This document shows positions 10,732 to 24,306 of a DNA stretch of 64,000 nucleotides, one piece after another; within the stretch, counting starts at the first letter, position 1; each line of letters begins with the position of its first letter. Position numbers and translations under genes: made by a program. A model generated the notes under the pieces. It did not search any database. It was not told the origin of the DNA and saw nothing but the letters and a program-made list of their open reading frames with translations. The DNA is from Nitrospirota bacterium (GTDB taxonomy: Bacteria > Nitrospirota > Thermodesulfovibrionia > Thermodesulfovibrionales > UBA1546). The stretch is taken from assembly GCA_016208915.1 (NCBI GenBank), contig JACQXE010000005.1:2177-66176 (forward strand), written 5' to 3'.

Positions 10732-13506
10732 ATGGATATAAACAATATTATAAAAGATATATCAGAACACACACCTGACCCTGATAGATCCTTTAAAAAT
10801 CTTAACAGATTTTTCCAAAACTCACCTGAATTTCTTGAAAAATACATAAATGAAATAGGTAATATTGCACAATTATTTGCTTATAGCCAATTCCTTGGTG
10901 ATTTCACCATAAAAGACCCCACACCACTGGCTATTGCTATAGAAAATCTCAAAATACCCATAAACAAACAGGATATTCTCTCTGAACTTTCATCAGTAGA
11001 GCGCAATGACAGGCAGAGCGCAATGAAACATATAAGAGAAATTAAAAAACGCTGCCTTTTAAGGATAACACTAAGGGATATAACAGGGACTATGGATCTC
11101 AGCCAGTGCATGCGCGAACTAAGCATTCTTGCAGAGGCGATAATAGAGGCAGTCCTTAATGTTTCAGTCTCGCTGATGAAAGAAAAATTTGGAGATATTG
11201 AGAATAATCCCTTTTCTATCATAGCCCTTGGAAAACTTGGGGCAGGCGACCTGAACTACAGTTCTGACATAGACCTGCTCTCTGTCTATCACCATGATGA
11301 AGGACTTTCTTCAGGCCTACTTCTTCCTTCAGGCGTAAGGACCAAAAGGATAGAACCACATGAGTATTTTTGCAAGCTCACAGAAACAGTCGTAAATCTG
11401 CTGCATACACAGACAGAAGATGGCATAGGATACAGGGTTGACCTCAGATTAAGACCTAATGGACAGAAAGGCGATCTTTCGCTCTCACTAAATTCATACG
11501 TCTCGTATTATGAGTCATGGGGAAAGACTTGGGAAAGGATGACACTGATACGGGCAAGACCTGTTGCAGGAGATATGCAACTCGGTGAGATGTTTACAAG
11601 AGGGGTTGAACCATTCGTATGGAAACGGTCAATAGATTACAGCGACATAGAGGAGATAAAAGGACTAAAAAAGAAGATAGATACCATCTTTGACGTAAAT
11701 GACATAAAACGAGGCTACGGAGGGATACGAGAGATAGAATTCTTTGTACAGACGTTTCAGCTTCTCTATGGAGGCGAACTCAGAAACCTCAGAACAGGCT
11801 TTCTTTCAAATGCCCTGAATGAATTACATAAAGAGGGTTTTCTATCCGCCGGTGATATAAAGATCCTTTCAGAAAGCTATATATTCCTGCGCAGGCTTGA
11901 ACATGTACTTCAGATGAAAGATGATCTGCAGACCCACACAATCCCCTCCAATCAGCCTGAGCTGGAGTTCTGTGCAAGGAAAATGCGTTTCAAAACCGGA
12001 AAGGAATTCACATCAGAACTCAGGCTGAAAAGGCTTATGGTAAGGGATATGTACAACTCCCTTTTTGGCAGTGCAGATGCACAATCTGAGGTTACAGTAT
12101 TTTTTGAAGAAGACCTGCCTGATTCCATAATCAGAGACTACCTTTCATTCAGGGGATTCAGAAATCCTGAATTCAGCCTTAAAAACATCAGGGCGCTCAG
12201 TGAACATGCATCAGTCGGAAAAACAATGCGTGAAAGAAGCCTGCTGAAGAAGGTCATTAATTCATTTATGGATCAGATACTGAGGTCCGAGAACAAAGAC
12301 AGGGTGTTGAGCATGTTGACAACATTTATAGAAAAAATAGGCATGCATGAATCGTATCTGGACCTTCTATCAAAGAGAGGCGATACAAGGGAGATATTAG
12401 TTAATACATTTGTAAAAAGCACCTATCTTACCCGTTCAATTCTCAGTCTTGATAACCTTGAGGGTCTATTTGAATATCCTGACATCAGAATGGACTATAA
12501 ATTTGTAAGGGAAAGGCTCCTTAATATCTTGGAATATAACCCAAACCCGATGAACGCAATAAGGGAGTTCAGAATTATAGAGGAACTGAAAACCGGGCTG
12601 CTTTTTCTGAAGGGATCTTTTGATGTTTATAGCCTGTCGAATACCCTCAGCATGATCGCAGACACCATTTTAAGGTCATTGCTCAGACATCTGAATGCAG
12701 ATAAGGATATCGGAGTTGTGGCACTCGGAAAATTTGGCTCAAGGGAACTGAATATCGGTTCTGACCTCGATCTCATATTTATAAGCGCAGGCAGAGAGGA
12801 GTCAACACACCTTGCCGAGGAGTTCCTGAAGTTTATTACCGAATATACATCAAGAGGCATTGTTTACAGGATTGATATGAGATTAAGGCCCGACGGGTCA
12901 AAGGGAATACTCGTAAATGATATAGATGGATACAAAAACTATTACATGCAATCTGCCCATCGCTGGGAGATTCAGGCGCTCCTGAAGGCAAGGCCTGTCG
13001 CAGGCCATAGTAATATCATGAGGGAATTCTACAACCTTAAAAAACAGATAATAACAGAGAGGGGAAAAGAGATTACAGCATCTGACATAAAAGACATGAG
13101 GAAACGGATCCTCAGCGAACTATCCAAAGACACAATCGGTTATGACATAAAGATAGGCAGAGGCGGGAGAGGAGAAATAGAGTTTCTGATCGAGTATCTT
13201 CAACTCAAACACGCCGATAGATTCCAGGATTTGATCGTGCATAACACTATGCTTGCTACAAAACGACTTGTCCGGCACGGCATCCTTCAGGATGCCACAG
13301 GAGAGTTTCTTCAGTCTGCATACAGATTCATGAGAACCATCGAAACCTTTCTCAGGCTCAATGAGGAGGATGCACTCAAACCTGATTCTGAGCTTACAGA
13401 CATCATTTTTAAGTTTATGGGCATGGATTCAAGGGAAAGGCTGATAAAACAGATAGAGATCACAAGAAACAAGGTCCTTGATATCACACAACACTTCTAT
13501 GAATAA
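10732..13506 (+). CDS. glnE: Glutamine synthetase adenylyltransferase/adenylyl-removing enzyme
   Basis: Two NTase domains: LGKLGAGDLNYSSDIDL / LGKFGSRELNIGSDLDL; RVDLRLRP / RIDMRLRP. Confidence 0.93.
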   Translation: MDINNIIKDISEHTPDPDRSFKNLNRFFQNSPEFLEKYINEIGNIAQLFAYSQFLGDFTIKDPTPLAIAIENLKIPINKQDILSELSSVERNDRQSAMKHIREIKKRCLLRITLRDITGTMDLSQCMRELSILAEAIIEAVLNVSVSLMKEKFGDIENNPFSIIALGKLGAGDLNYSSDIDLLSVYHHDEGLSSGLLLPSGVRTKRIEPHEYFCKLTETVVNLLHTQTEDGIGYRVDLRLRPNGQKGDLSLSLNSYVSYYESWGKTWERMTLIRARPVAGDMQLGEMFTRGVEPFVWKRSIDYSDIEEIKGLKKKIDTIFDVNDIKRGYGGIREIEFFVQTFQLLYGGELRNLRTGFLSNALNELHKEGFLSAGDIKILSESYIFLRRLEHVLQMKDDLQTHTIPSNQPELEFCARKMRFKTGKEFTSELRLKRLMVRDMYNSLFGSADAQSEVTVFFEEDLPDSIIRDYLSFRGFRNPEFSLKNIRALSEHASVGKTMRERSLLKKVINSFMDQILRSENKDRVLSMLTTFIEKIGMHESYLDLLSKRGDTREILVNTFVKSTYLTRSILSLDNLEGLFEYPDIRMDYKFVRERLLNILEYNPNPMNAIREFRIIEELKTGLLFLKGSFDVYSLSNTLSMIADTILRSLLRHLNADKDIGVVALGKFGSRELNIGSDLDLIFISAGREESTHLAEEFLKFITEYTSRGIVYRIDMRLRPDGSKGILVNDIDGYKNYYMQSAHRWEIQALLKARPVAGHSNIMREFYNLKKQIITERGKEITASDIKDMRKRILSELSKDTIGYDIKIGRGGRGEIEFLIEYLQLKHADRFQDLIVHNTMLATKRLVRHGILQDATGEFLQSAYRFMRTIETFLRLNEEDALKPDSELTDIIFKFMGMDSRERLIKQIEITRNKVLDITQHFYE

Positions 13507-13572
13507 AGTAAATCTTCCGGTCACTGAATTTTGCCCGACATAGTGCATCAGGTTTATAAAAAGCATTACGCC

Positions 13573-13625
13573 TTGACAAAAAGCGTCTGGCCTCAGTATT
13601 ATACGGCAAATGGTTACCGTTTACC
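13573..13625 (+). promoter_or_regulatory. sigma70 promoter with putative NrpR operator (near-copy of glnA promoter)
   Basis: TTGACA(13573)-18-TATTAT(13597); GGCAAAT-GGTTACC-GTTTACC at 13605-13625. Confidence 0.75.
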
Positions 13626-13639
13626 ATATGAGATGAAAG

Positions 13640-16178
<2,539 letters not shown>

Positions 16179-16219
16179 CTTTAAAATATACCAATTGTGT
16201 CTGAAAAATTACAATATTG

Positions 16220-16879
16220 TTAAAAAGATGCTTTCTTCGAATCAAACTCTTCCATCCGCTTAGCCAGTTCCTTCCAGTCTAACGCCTGAAGTATTCTTAC
16301 ATGTGCATGGATAAGACCGTTCTCTATGGCATATATCTTATCTGTCTCACCAGTAATGCCATAGAACGGAAGCATGACTGAAAATGCCTGTTTGGTGTAT
16401 TCCTCAAGAGGCGTTAAGACGTCATCCCTTCTTGTATAGTAAGGGTCTTCGCCTTCCTCACATGTCTTGCCGAAGACATTGAACTGCCTGCACGAGACAG
16501 GACGCAGCATATGGATAGAACAGGAAGAGTTTACAAGAAAAGGACAGGGCATACTTTTTTCGAAACCTGATAAATGCCCGATTATGACATTGCGAACCGG
16601 CTGTGTTATTTTTTCAATGCAAAACCAGTAAATACCAACAAGTTCCAATGGATAAACAGGTATGTCGCTGTGTGTACTACAGCAGTTAGAACAGCCTCTT
16701 CTGCAGGCTAATTTTTTATCCAGCCTGTGTTCTTCATTTCTTATTGCCAAAGCTATGCCCTTGTCAATTATGGCATATGCATCAAGCAGCATTGGAAGCC
16801 ACCTGAGTTTTGATTCATCATCAGGGAAATTCATACGCGTTGAGGCATAACTGTCTTCAGTCTTCTCAGTCTTATCCAT
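16220..16879 (-). CDS. YkgJ family cysteine-cluster protein
   Basis: CRRGCSNCC...CPFL...CSIHMLRPVSCRQF. Confidence 0.85.
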   Translation of the reverse strand: MDKTEKTEDSYASTRMNFPDDESKLRWLPMLLDAYAIIDKGIALAIRNEEHRLDKKLACRRGCSNCCSTHSDIPVYPLELVGIYWFCIEKITQPVRNVIIGHLSGFEKSMPCPFLVNSSCSIHMLRPVSCRQFNVFGKTCEEGEDPYYTRRDDVLTPLEEYTKQAFSVMLPFYGITGETDKIYAIENGLIHAHVRILQALDWKELAKRMEEFDSKKASF

Positions 16880-16929
16880 AACAGTTAATTATATTAAAAA
16901 CATTGGATGGTTGTCGAACCTTAAAAACA

Positions 16930-17021
16930 TACTAAATTGTATCGCCATACGAAAATGTAGCAAATATCATTGCGCAGTTCTCTTGAAAATCAGAGGGTTA
17001 AGGGTTGGCATGGTTTTAGCA
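16930..17021 (+). promoter_or_regulatory. sigma54 promoter 1 with tandem UAS and IHF site
   Basis: TACTAAATTGTA(16930), TACGAAAATGTA(16948), AATCAGAGGGTTA(16988), TGGCATGGTTTTAGCA(17006, GG-N10-GC). Confidence 0.8.
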
Positions 17022-17045
17022 ATTCCCAATGATAGGTGATATGTC

Positions 17046-17261
17046 ATGGACTCTTTAAAAGAACGAATTGGAGAGATCGAGAGGGAGGAGATAATCAACG
17101 CCCTCAGAGAATGTAACTGGATTATGGCCAAGGCTGCAAGGAAACTTGGCATAACAGAACGGATGATCGGCTACAAGATCAAAAAATACGGGATTAAAAA
17201 GGAGGTGGAGTCTATCGAGGCGGAATCAACTGTAGCAGTAAATAGTAAGTCTCTTAATTAA
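17046..17261 (+). CDS. Stand-alone Fis-type HTH protein homologous to the activator's DNA-binding domain
   Basis: AGGTGA RBS; 28/41 aa identical to the C-terminus of 14667..16178 by manual alignment. Confidence 0.8.
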   Translation: MDSLKERIGEIEREEIINALRECNWIMAKAARKLGITERMIGYKIKKYGIKKEVESIEAESTVAVNSKSLN

Positions 17262-17292
17262 GATCTCAAAAAAATCTCTAAGGAGGATAAAA

Positions 17293-18075
17293 ATGAAAAG
17301 GTTTTTAAGGTTCGATTTTGCGGTAACGATACTCATTGCATTTGCAACAATGGCATTTGCTGAGGAGGCAAAGGTAACAGGCAGTGCATCAATGGGTGTG
17401 TTTAACAGGTATATTTTTAGAGGCTATGAGTTAAACACAAACAGCGTAGCAATACAGCCTGCGCTGAGTGTATCATATTCAGGCTTTTCTGTTGGTTTCT
17501 GGGGCAACATAGATAGCAATGAGACTTCAACCCAGTCCTTTGTGCCTGACAGACCTGACAAAAAGAGTTTTAACGAGACCGACATCACTTTGAGCTACAC
17601 CTATCCTATCGGCAAGCTGTCGCTCACTGGCGGCTACATTTATTACGGCACAAAGTATGCTGCAGAGACAGAGGAACTGTTCGCTATATTGGCATACGAT
17701 ATGCTGCTGAAGCCAACGCTATCAGTATACCGTGATATTACCTCATTCCCTGGCACGTATGTTAACCTTGCCATTGCACATTCGATCGGAGTCGGAAAAG
17801 ACATGACACTGGACTTGGGTGCATCTGCTGGATACTTTGCAGGTGATGACGATGCGTTCAAAACTGAAACTGGTACAGGTAAAAAGTACAGGGCATTCCA
17901 TGACGGAATGGTAAAGGCAGGGCTGAGCATACCGGTTCTCAAGAACGTTACGCTCCAGCCTATTGTTCAGTACTGGTTCCCCCTTTCAGACAAGGCAGAG
18001 AGGCACGGGTATAATCCCAACGGACACCTCGACGACACCTTTGTAACAGGATTGAATATGACATATAACTTTTAA
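17293..18075 (+). CDS. Outer-membrane beta-barrel / TorF-like putative porin
   Basis: Signal peptide, NRYIFRG, amphipathic strands, C-terminal YNF; next to amtB-glnK. Confidence 0.75.
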   Translation: MKRFLRFDFAVTILIAFATMAFAEEAKVTGSASMGVFNRYIFRGYELNTNSVAIQPALSVSYSGFSVGFWGNIDSNETSTQSFVPDRPDKKSFNETDITLSYTYPIGKLSLTGGYIYYGTKYAAETEELFAILAYDMLLKPTLSVYRDITSFPGTYVNLAIAHSIGVGKDMTLDLGASAGYFAGDDDAFKTETGTGKKYRAFHDGMVKAGLSIPVLKNVTLQPIVQYWFPLSDKAERHGYNPNGHLDDTFVTGLNMTYNF

Positions 18076-18099
18076 CGTAAGAGGAATAAGGAGACAATT

Positions 18100-19524
18100 A
18101 TGAAACGGCTATTGTTTATATTGCTAATATTTGGATTACTGGGTTCTGCAGGCATTTTATGTGCTGAAGAGCAGGCGCAAAACCCTCCTACTCCTGCTGT
18201 GGCTGAGCAGCCTCCCGCTGCTCAGCCAACACCTCCTGCAGAAGCACCTGCACAGGAGACTGGTGCAGTCGAGGCACCACCCGCACCAGCAACACCGCCT
18301 AAGGTGGATACAGGAGATACTGCATGGGTCTTAATCTCTGCGGCCCTTGTTATGCTTATGACACCAGGGCTTGCACTCTTTTACGGAGGTATGGTCAGAC
18401 GCAAAAATGTACTCGGCACTATCATGCAGAGCTTCATAGCCCTCGGCGTCATTACTGTTCTATGGATATTGTATGGTTATAGTCTTTCATTTGGGCCGGA
18501 TAAGTGGCATATCATCGGCGGATTGGAATGGATGGGGCTGAAGGGTGTCGGGCTTGATCCCAATCCTGATTATGCAGCAACGATTCCTCATCAGGCGTTC
18601 ATGATATTCCAGATGATGTTTGCAGTTATCACACCTGCCCTGATAACAGGCGCATTTGCAGAAAGATTCAAATTCAAAACCTATCTTATATTCCTCGTGC
18701 TCTGGGCAACATTTGTATATTTTCCGCTCGCACACTGGGTATGGGGTGTTGGGGGATGGATAAGAGAGCTTGGCGCGCTTGACTTTGCAGGAGGGTTGGT
18801 AGTTCACATAAGCTCAGGGGTCTCGGCATTAGCTGCTGCCATTGTTGTCGGCAAGAGGAAAAACCACGGCACTGAACAGATGGCTCCGCATAACCTTACA
18901 ATGACACTCCTTGGCGCAGCTCTTTTATGGTTTGGCTGGTTTGGGTTTAACGGAGGCAGCGCCGTAGCATCAGGATCATTGGCAACCTCTGCCTTTGTGG
19001 TCACACACATTGCAACTGCCGGAGCAACAATTTCATGGATGGTTGCCGAGTGGCTGCATAGAAGCAAACCAACAGTGCTTGGCGCAGCATCAGGTGCAGT
19101 TGCAGGACTTGTTGCAATAACCCCTGCATCAGGTTTTGTAGGCCCTATGCCTGCATTAATCATAGGGCTTGTAGCCGGTGTTGCCTGTTACGCAGCCGTC
19201 AGTCTAAAAGCAAAATTGGGATATGATGACTCTCTTGACACAGTAGGTATTCATGGAGTTGGCGGGACATGGGGTGCGATAGCAACAGGACTGTTCGCAT
19301 CAAAGCTCATTAACAGCGCTGGAAATGACGGCTTATTCTACGGAAATGTGTCACTCCTTTGGAACCAGCTTATCAGCATAGGCGCGGCATGGGTTTATTC
19401 CTTTATGGTTACGCTCATTCTCCTGAAAGTCCTGGATTGGACATTAGGTCTGCGGGTAAGCGAAGAAGAAGAGTCTGATGGTCTTGATCTCAGCCAGCAC
19501 GGAGAGAGTGGATATACATTATAA
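18100..19524 (+). CDS. amtB: Ammonium transporter (Pro/Ala-rich N-terminal linker)
   Basis: DFAGGLVVH, WFGWFGFNGGS, YDDSLDTVGIHG. Confidence 0.96.
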   Translation: MKRLLFILLIFGLLGSAGILCAEEQAQNPPTPAVAEQPPAAQPTPPAEAPAQETGAVEAPPAPATPPKVDTGDTAWVLISAALVMLMTPGLALFYGGMVRRKNVLGTIMQSFIALGVITVLWILYGYSLSFGPDKWHIIGGLEWMGLKGVGLDPNPDYAATIPHQAFMIFQMMFAVITPALITGAFAERFKFKTYLIFLVLWATFVYFPLAHWVWGVGGWIRELGALDFAGGLVVHISSGVSALAAAIVVGKRKNHGTEQMAPHNLTMTLLGAALLWFGWFGFNGGSAVASGSLATSAFVVTHIATAGATISWMVAEWLHRSKPTVLGAASGAVAGLVAITPASGFVGPMPALIIGLVAGVACYAAVSLKAKLGYDDSLDTVGIHGVGGTWGAIATGLFASKLINSAGNDGLFYGNVSLLWNQLISIGAAWVYSFMVTLILLKVLDWTLGLRVSEEEESDGLDLSQHGESGYTL

Positions 19525-19526
19525 AA

Positions 19527-19603
19527 CAGTGAATAGTGAACAGTAGATAGTAAATAGTGAAACATTTCTTAACTAAATACTATTCACCAACGACTATTCA
19601 CTA
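19527..19603. repeat. Inverted pair of degenerate heptamer tandem arrays
   Basis: gtgaata gtgaaca gtagata gtaaata gtgaaac ... actattc accaacg actattc act. Confidence 0.75.
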
Positions 19604-19604
19604 A

Positions 19605-19958
<354 letters not shown>

Positions 19959-19975
19959 AACAAAACCTAACATAT

Positions 19976-20006
19976 AGGCAGGATATAGCTTTTCAAAAGC
20001 CTGCCT
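19976..20006 (+). terminator. Probable terminator hairpin after glnK
   Basis: AGGCAGG...GCTTTT/AAAAGC-CTGCCT. Confidence 0.45.
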
Positions 20007-20021
20007 TGCCCTTCAATAGGC

Positions 20022-20113
20022 TACAATTTTGTAGGAAGCTACAAAATTGTAGCCTATATTTTTTAGTTTTATCCTTATAAATCAAGGACTTGAGCAATGG
20101 TATAGTTTTTGCA
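20022..20113 (+). promoter_or_regulatory. sigma54 promoter 2 with tandem UAS and IHF site
   Basis: TACAATTTTGTA(20022), TACAAAATTGTA(20040), AATCAAGGACTTG(20080), TGGTATAGTTTTTGCA(20098). Confidence 0.8.
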
Positions 20114-20152
20114 TTAATACAATTTACGACTATACAAAGGGAGGGGTATGTT

Positions 20153-21496
20153 ATGAAAAGATTAATAGGTTTTGTTGTCTTACTATGCGTTATCGCAATG
20201 ACCTGCACAGTGTTTGCCGAATCTACTCCAGAAACTGTTGGAGCGTCTAATGGGCAGGTAGTTAACACATCTAAGGTGGATACAGGGGATACTGCATGGG
20301 TATTAATCTCTACTGCCCTTGTTATGCTTATGACACCAGGGCTTGCGCTCTTTTACGGAGGCATGGTTAGGCGCAAAAATGTACTCGGCACTATCATGCA
20401 GAGCTTTATCACAATAGCCATTATAAGTGTCCAATGGATATTGTTCGGCTACAGCCTTTCGTTTGGGCCTGATATAAATGGAATAATCGGTGGGCTTGAC
20501 TGGATAGGGCTTAAGGGCGTCGGGCTTTCACCTAATCCTGATTATGCGGCAACTGTCCCGCACATTGCCTTTATGATATACCAGGCTATGTTTGCGGTCA
20601 TAACTCCCGCGCTGATTGCAGGGGCCTTTGCAGAAAGAATGAAATTTTCTGCCTTTCTTGTATTCACGATTCTTTGGTCCACTTTAGTTTATGATCCAGT
20701 TGCCCACTGGGTATGGGGAACAGGGGGGTGGCTCAAAAAAATGGGCACACTTGATTTTGCTGGAGGGATTGTAGTCCATATAACATCAGGAATATCCGCA
20801 TTGGCTGCCGCCTTATTTATAGGAAGAAGAAAAGGCTACATGCGCGAGCCTATGCAACCGCATAATCTTCCGATGACAGTCCTGGGCGCTGGGCTTCTAT
20901 GGTTTGGATGGTTCGGTTTTAATGCTGGGAGCACACTTTCAGCTGGTGGCTTGAGCGCAATGACATTTGTTGTCACTCACACTGCAGCCGTATCTGCAAC
21001 ATTAATCTGGGTTATAATCGAATGGTTGCATCGTGGCAAGCCGACAATGTTCGGCACTGTAACAGGCGCAATAGCTGGACTTGCCACGATAACACCTGCC
21101 TCTGGTTTTGTTGGTCCAATGCCAGCGCTTGTCATCGGTCTGTTTGCAGGAGGAGTTTGCTATACAGCTTTAAATATTAAAGGAAAATTCGGATATGATG
21201 ATTCATTGGATGCCTTTGGTGTTCATGGCGTTGGCGGAACATTAGGGACAATCGCTGTAGGGTTTTTTGCAGAAAAACTTATAAATCCGTCAGGCAGCGA
21301 CGGCCTGTTTTTTGGAAATCCCAATCAGTTGTATATACAAGGCATCTCGATAATTTCTGTCGCAGTATATTCTTTCTTAGCAACACTTATCCTGTTTAAA
21401 TTAATAGACCTAGTAATAGGGATAAGGGTTTCTGAGGAAGATGAGATCGCAGGTCTCGATATAAGCCAGCATGAAGAAAGTGGATATACATTATAG
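20153..21496 (+). CDS. amtB: Ammonium transporter, second copy
   Basis: DFAGGIVVH, YDDSLDAFGVHG; GGGAGGGG RBS before ATG 20153. Confidence 0.96.
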   Translation: MKRLIGFVVLLCVIAMTCTVFAESTPETVGASNGQVVNTSKVDTGDTAWVLISTALVMLMTPGLALFYGGMVRRKNVLGTIMQSFITIAIISVQWILFGYSLSFGPDINGIIGGLDWIGLKGVGLSPNPDYAATVPHIAFMIYQAMFAVITPALIAGAFAERMKFSAFLVFTILWSTLVYDPVAHWVWGTGGWLKKMGTLDFAGGIVVHITSGISALAAALFIGRRKGYMREPMQPHNLPMTVLGAGLLWFGWFGFNAGSTLSAGGLSAMTFVVTHTAAVSATLIWVIIEWLHRGKPTMFGTVTGAIAGLATITPASGFVGPMPALVIGLFAGGVCYTALNIKGKFGYDDSLDAFGVHGVGGTLGTIAVGFFAEKLINPSGSDGLFFGNPNQLYIQGISIISVAVYSFLATLILFKLIDLVIGIRVSEEDEIAGLDISQHEESGYTL

Positions 21497-21593
21497 CTAA
21501 TAGCATTAAGGGGAAAAGGAGAGCTATCGCTATAAATTGCCAGCTCTCAGATTTTATTAAGGGAATTTAGCAGACCATTTATCCTTTTAATTA

Positions 21594-22918
21594 TTATATG
21601 TCAAGATACTTTTCGAGTTCCCATTTAGTTACCTGCATCTTGAATTCATTCCACTCTTTTGTTTTTATATGGATATATTTTGTATAAAGATGTTCTCCCA
21701 ATGCTTCATGCATAAGCTTGTTGTTCTTTAGTTCATTAATAGCCTCGTAAAGTGAGGACGGCAGTGTATCTATGTTTTTCATTGCGAGTTTTTCTTCGTC
21801 AAACTTATACAAATTTTCCTCGACAGGCTCAGACAATTGAATATTTTTCTTTATGCCATAAAGTCCGGCTGCAAGCATTACTGTAAAAGCAAGATAAGGA
21901 TTGCAGGCGGGATCAGGACATCTAAGCTCTATCCTCGCTGAATTAGGCTTATCCTCAAACCAGTGGGGAACCCTTATAAGTGCCGACCTGTTAATCCTTG
22001 CCCATGAAATATAAACAGGAGCCTCAAACCCTGTCACAAGTCTCTTGTATGAATTGACCGTAGGACACAAAACTGCCATCATACCCTTAATATGGTGTAG
22101 TTGTCCGGAAATAAAATTATATGCCGTTTTTGAAAGCTTATACTTATCTTTGAGGTTATAAAATAAATTCTGCCTTTTTTTAGCATGAAAAAGGCTTTGA
22201 TGCACATGCATTCCTGAGCCAGCCATGCCCATAACAGGTTTTGGCATAAAAGAAGCCTTCAAGCCGTGCCTTTGTGCTATTGCCTTTACTGTTATTCGTA
22301 ATGTTAAAAGCCTGTCAGCAGTGGTAAGCGCCTCGCCGTATTTAAAATCGATCTCATGCTGACCAGGAGCAACTTCATGATGAGAAGCTTCAACATCTAT
22401 ACCAAACGTCTCAAGGGCAGTTGTGATCTCTTTTCTAACTTCGTGCGCCTTATCAGTGGCAAGATCAAAATAGCCTCCATTATCCATTGGCATAAGCCCC
22501 TGAGAATCATTATTGAAAAGAAAGAACTCCAGTTCAGGACCAACATTATAATCAAAACCCATTTCATATGCTTTTTTCAAAGTCCTCTTCAGTATGAAAC
22601 GAGGATCCCCTTCAAATGGACTGCCGTCAGGCTTATAAATATCGCAGATTAGTCTTGCGGTATTCCCCTCTGGAGAACTCAGCCACGGTATAATTGCATA
22701 AGTATTTGGATCTGGTTTTAAATACAGGTCGCTCTCGTGGATCCTTGCAAATCCTTCTACTGAAGAGCCGTCAAACCACGCGCCATATTTCATTATGTCT
22801 GACAGCGACTGAACTGGTGCAGTTACCTCCTTAAGACACCCAAGCATATCTGTAAACTGAAGATTGACGAAAATTACCTTATCTGCCTTTGCCTTGTTTA
22901 AAACCTCTTTTGTCTTCA

Positions 22919-22919
<1 letters not shown>
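21594..22919 (-). CDS. glnA: Glutamine synthetase type I-alpha
   Basis: FDGSSVEGF, HHEVAPGQHEIDF, ELRCPDP; 441 aa, lacks the GSI-beta insertion. Confidence 0.93.
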
Positions 22920-24243
<1,324 letters not shown>

Positions 24244-24263
24244 AAACATAACCCCATCAAATC

Positions 24264-24297
24264 AGGTTGAGTTTAAGAGTCTTCTCAAACTCAACCT
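24264..24297. terminator. Intergenic hairpin (terminator or processing site)
   Basis: AGGTTGAGTTT...AAACTCAACCT. Confidence 0.55.
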
Positions 24298-24306
24298 TTT
24301 TATTGT

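Noticed and set aside
19527..19603. Possible CRISPR array
   Set aside because: 7-bp period with no spacers and no cas genes in the window
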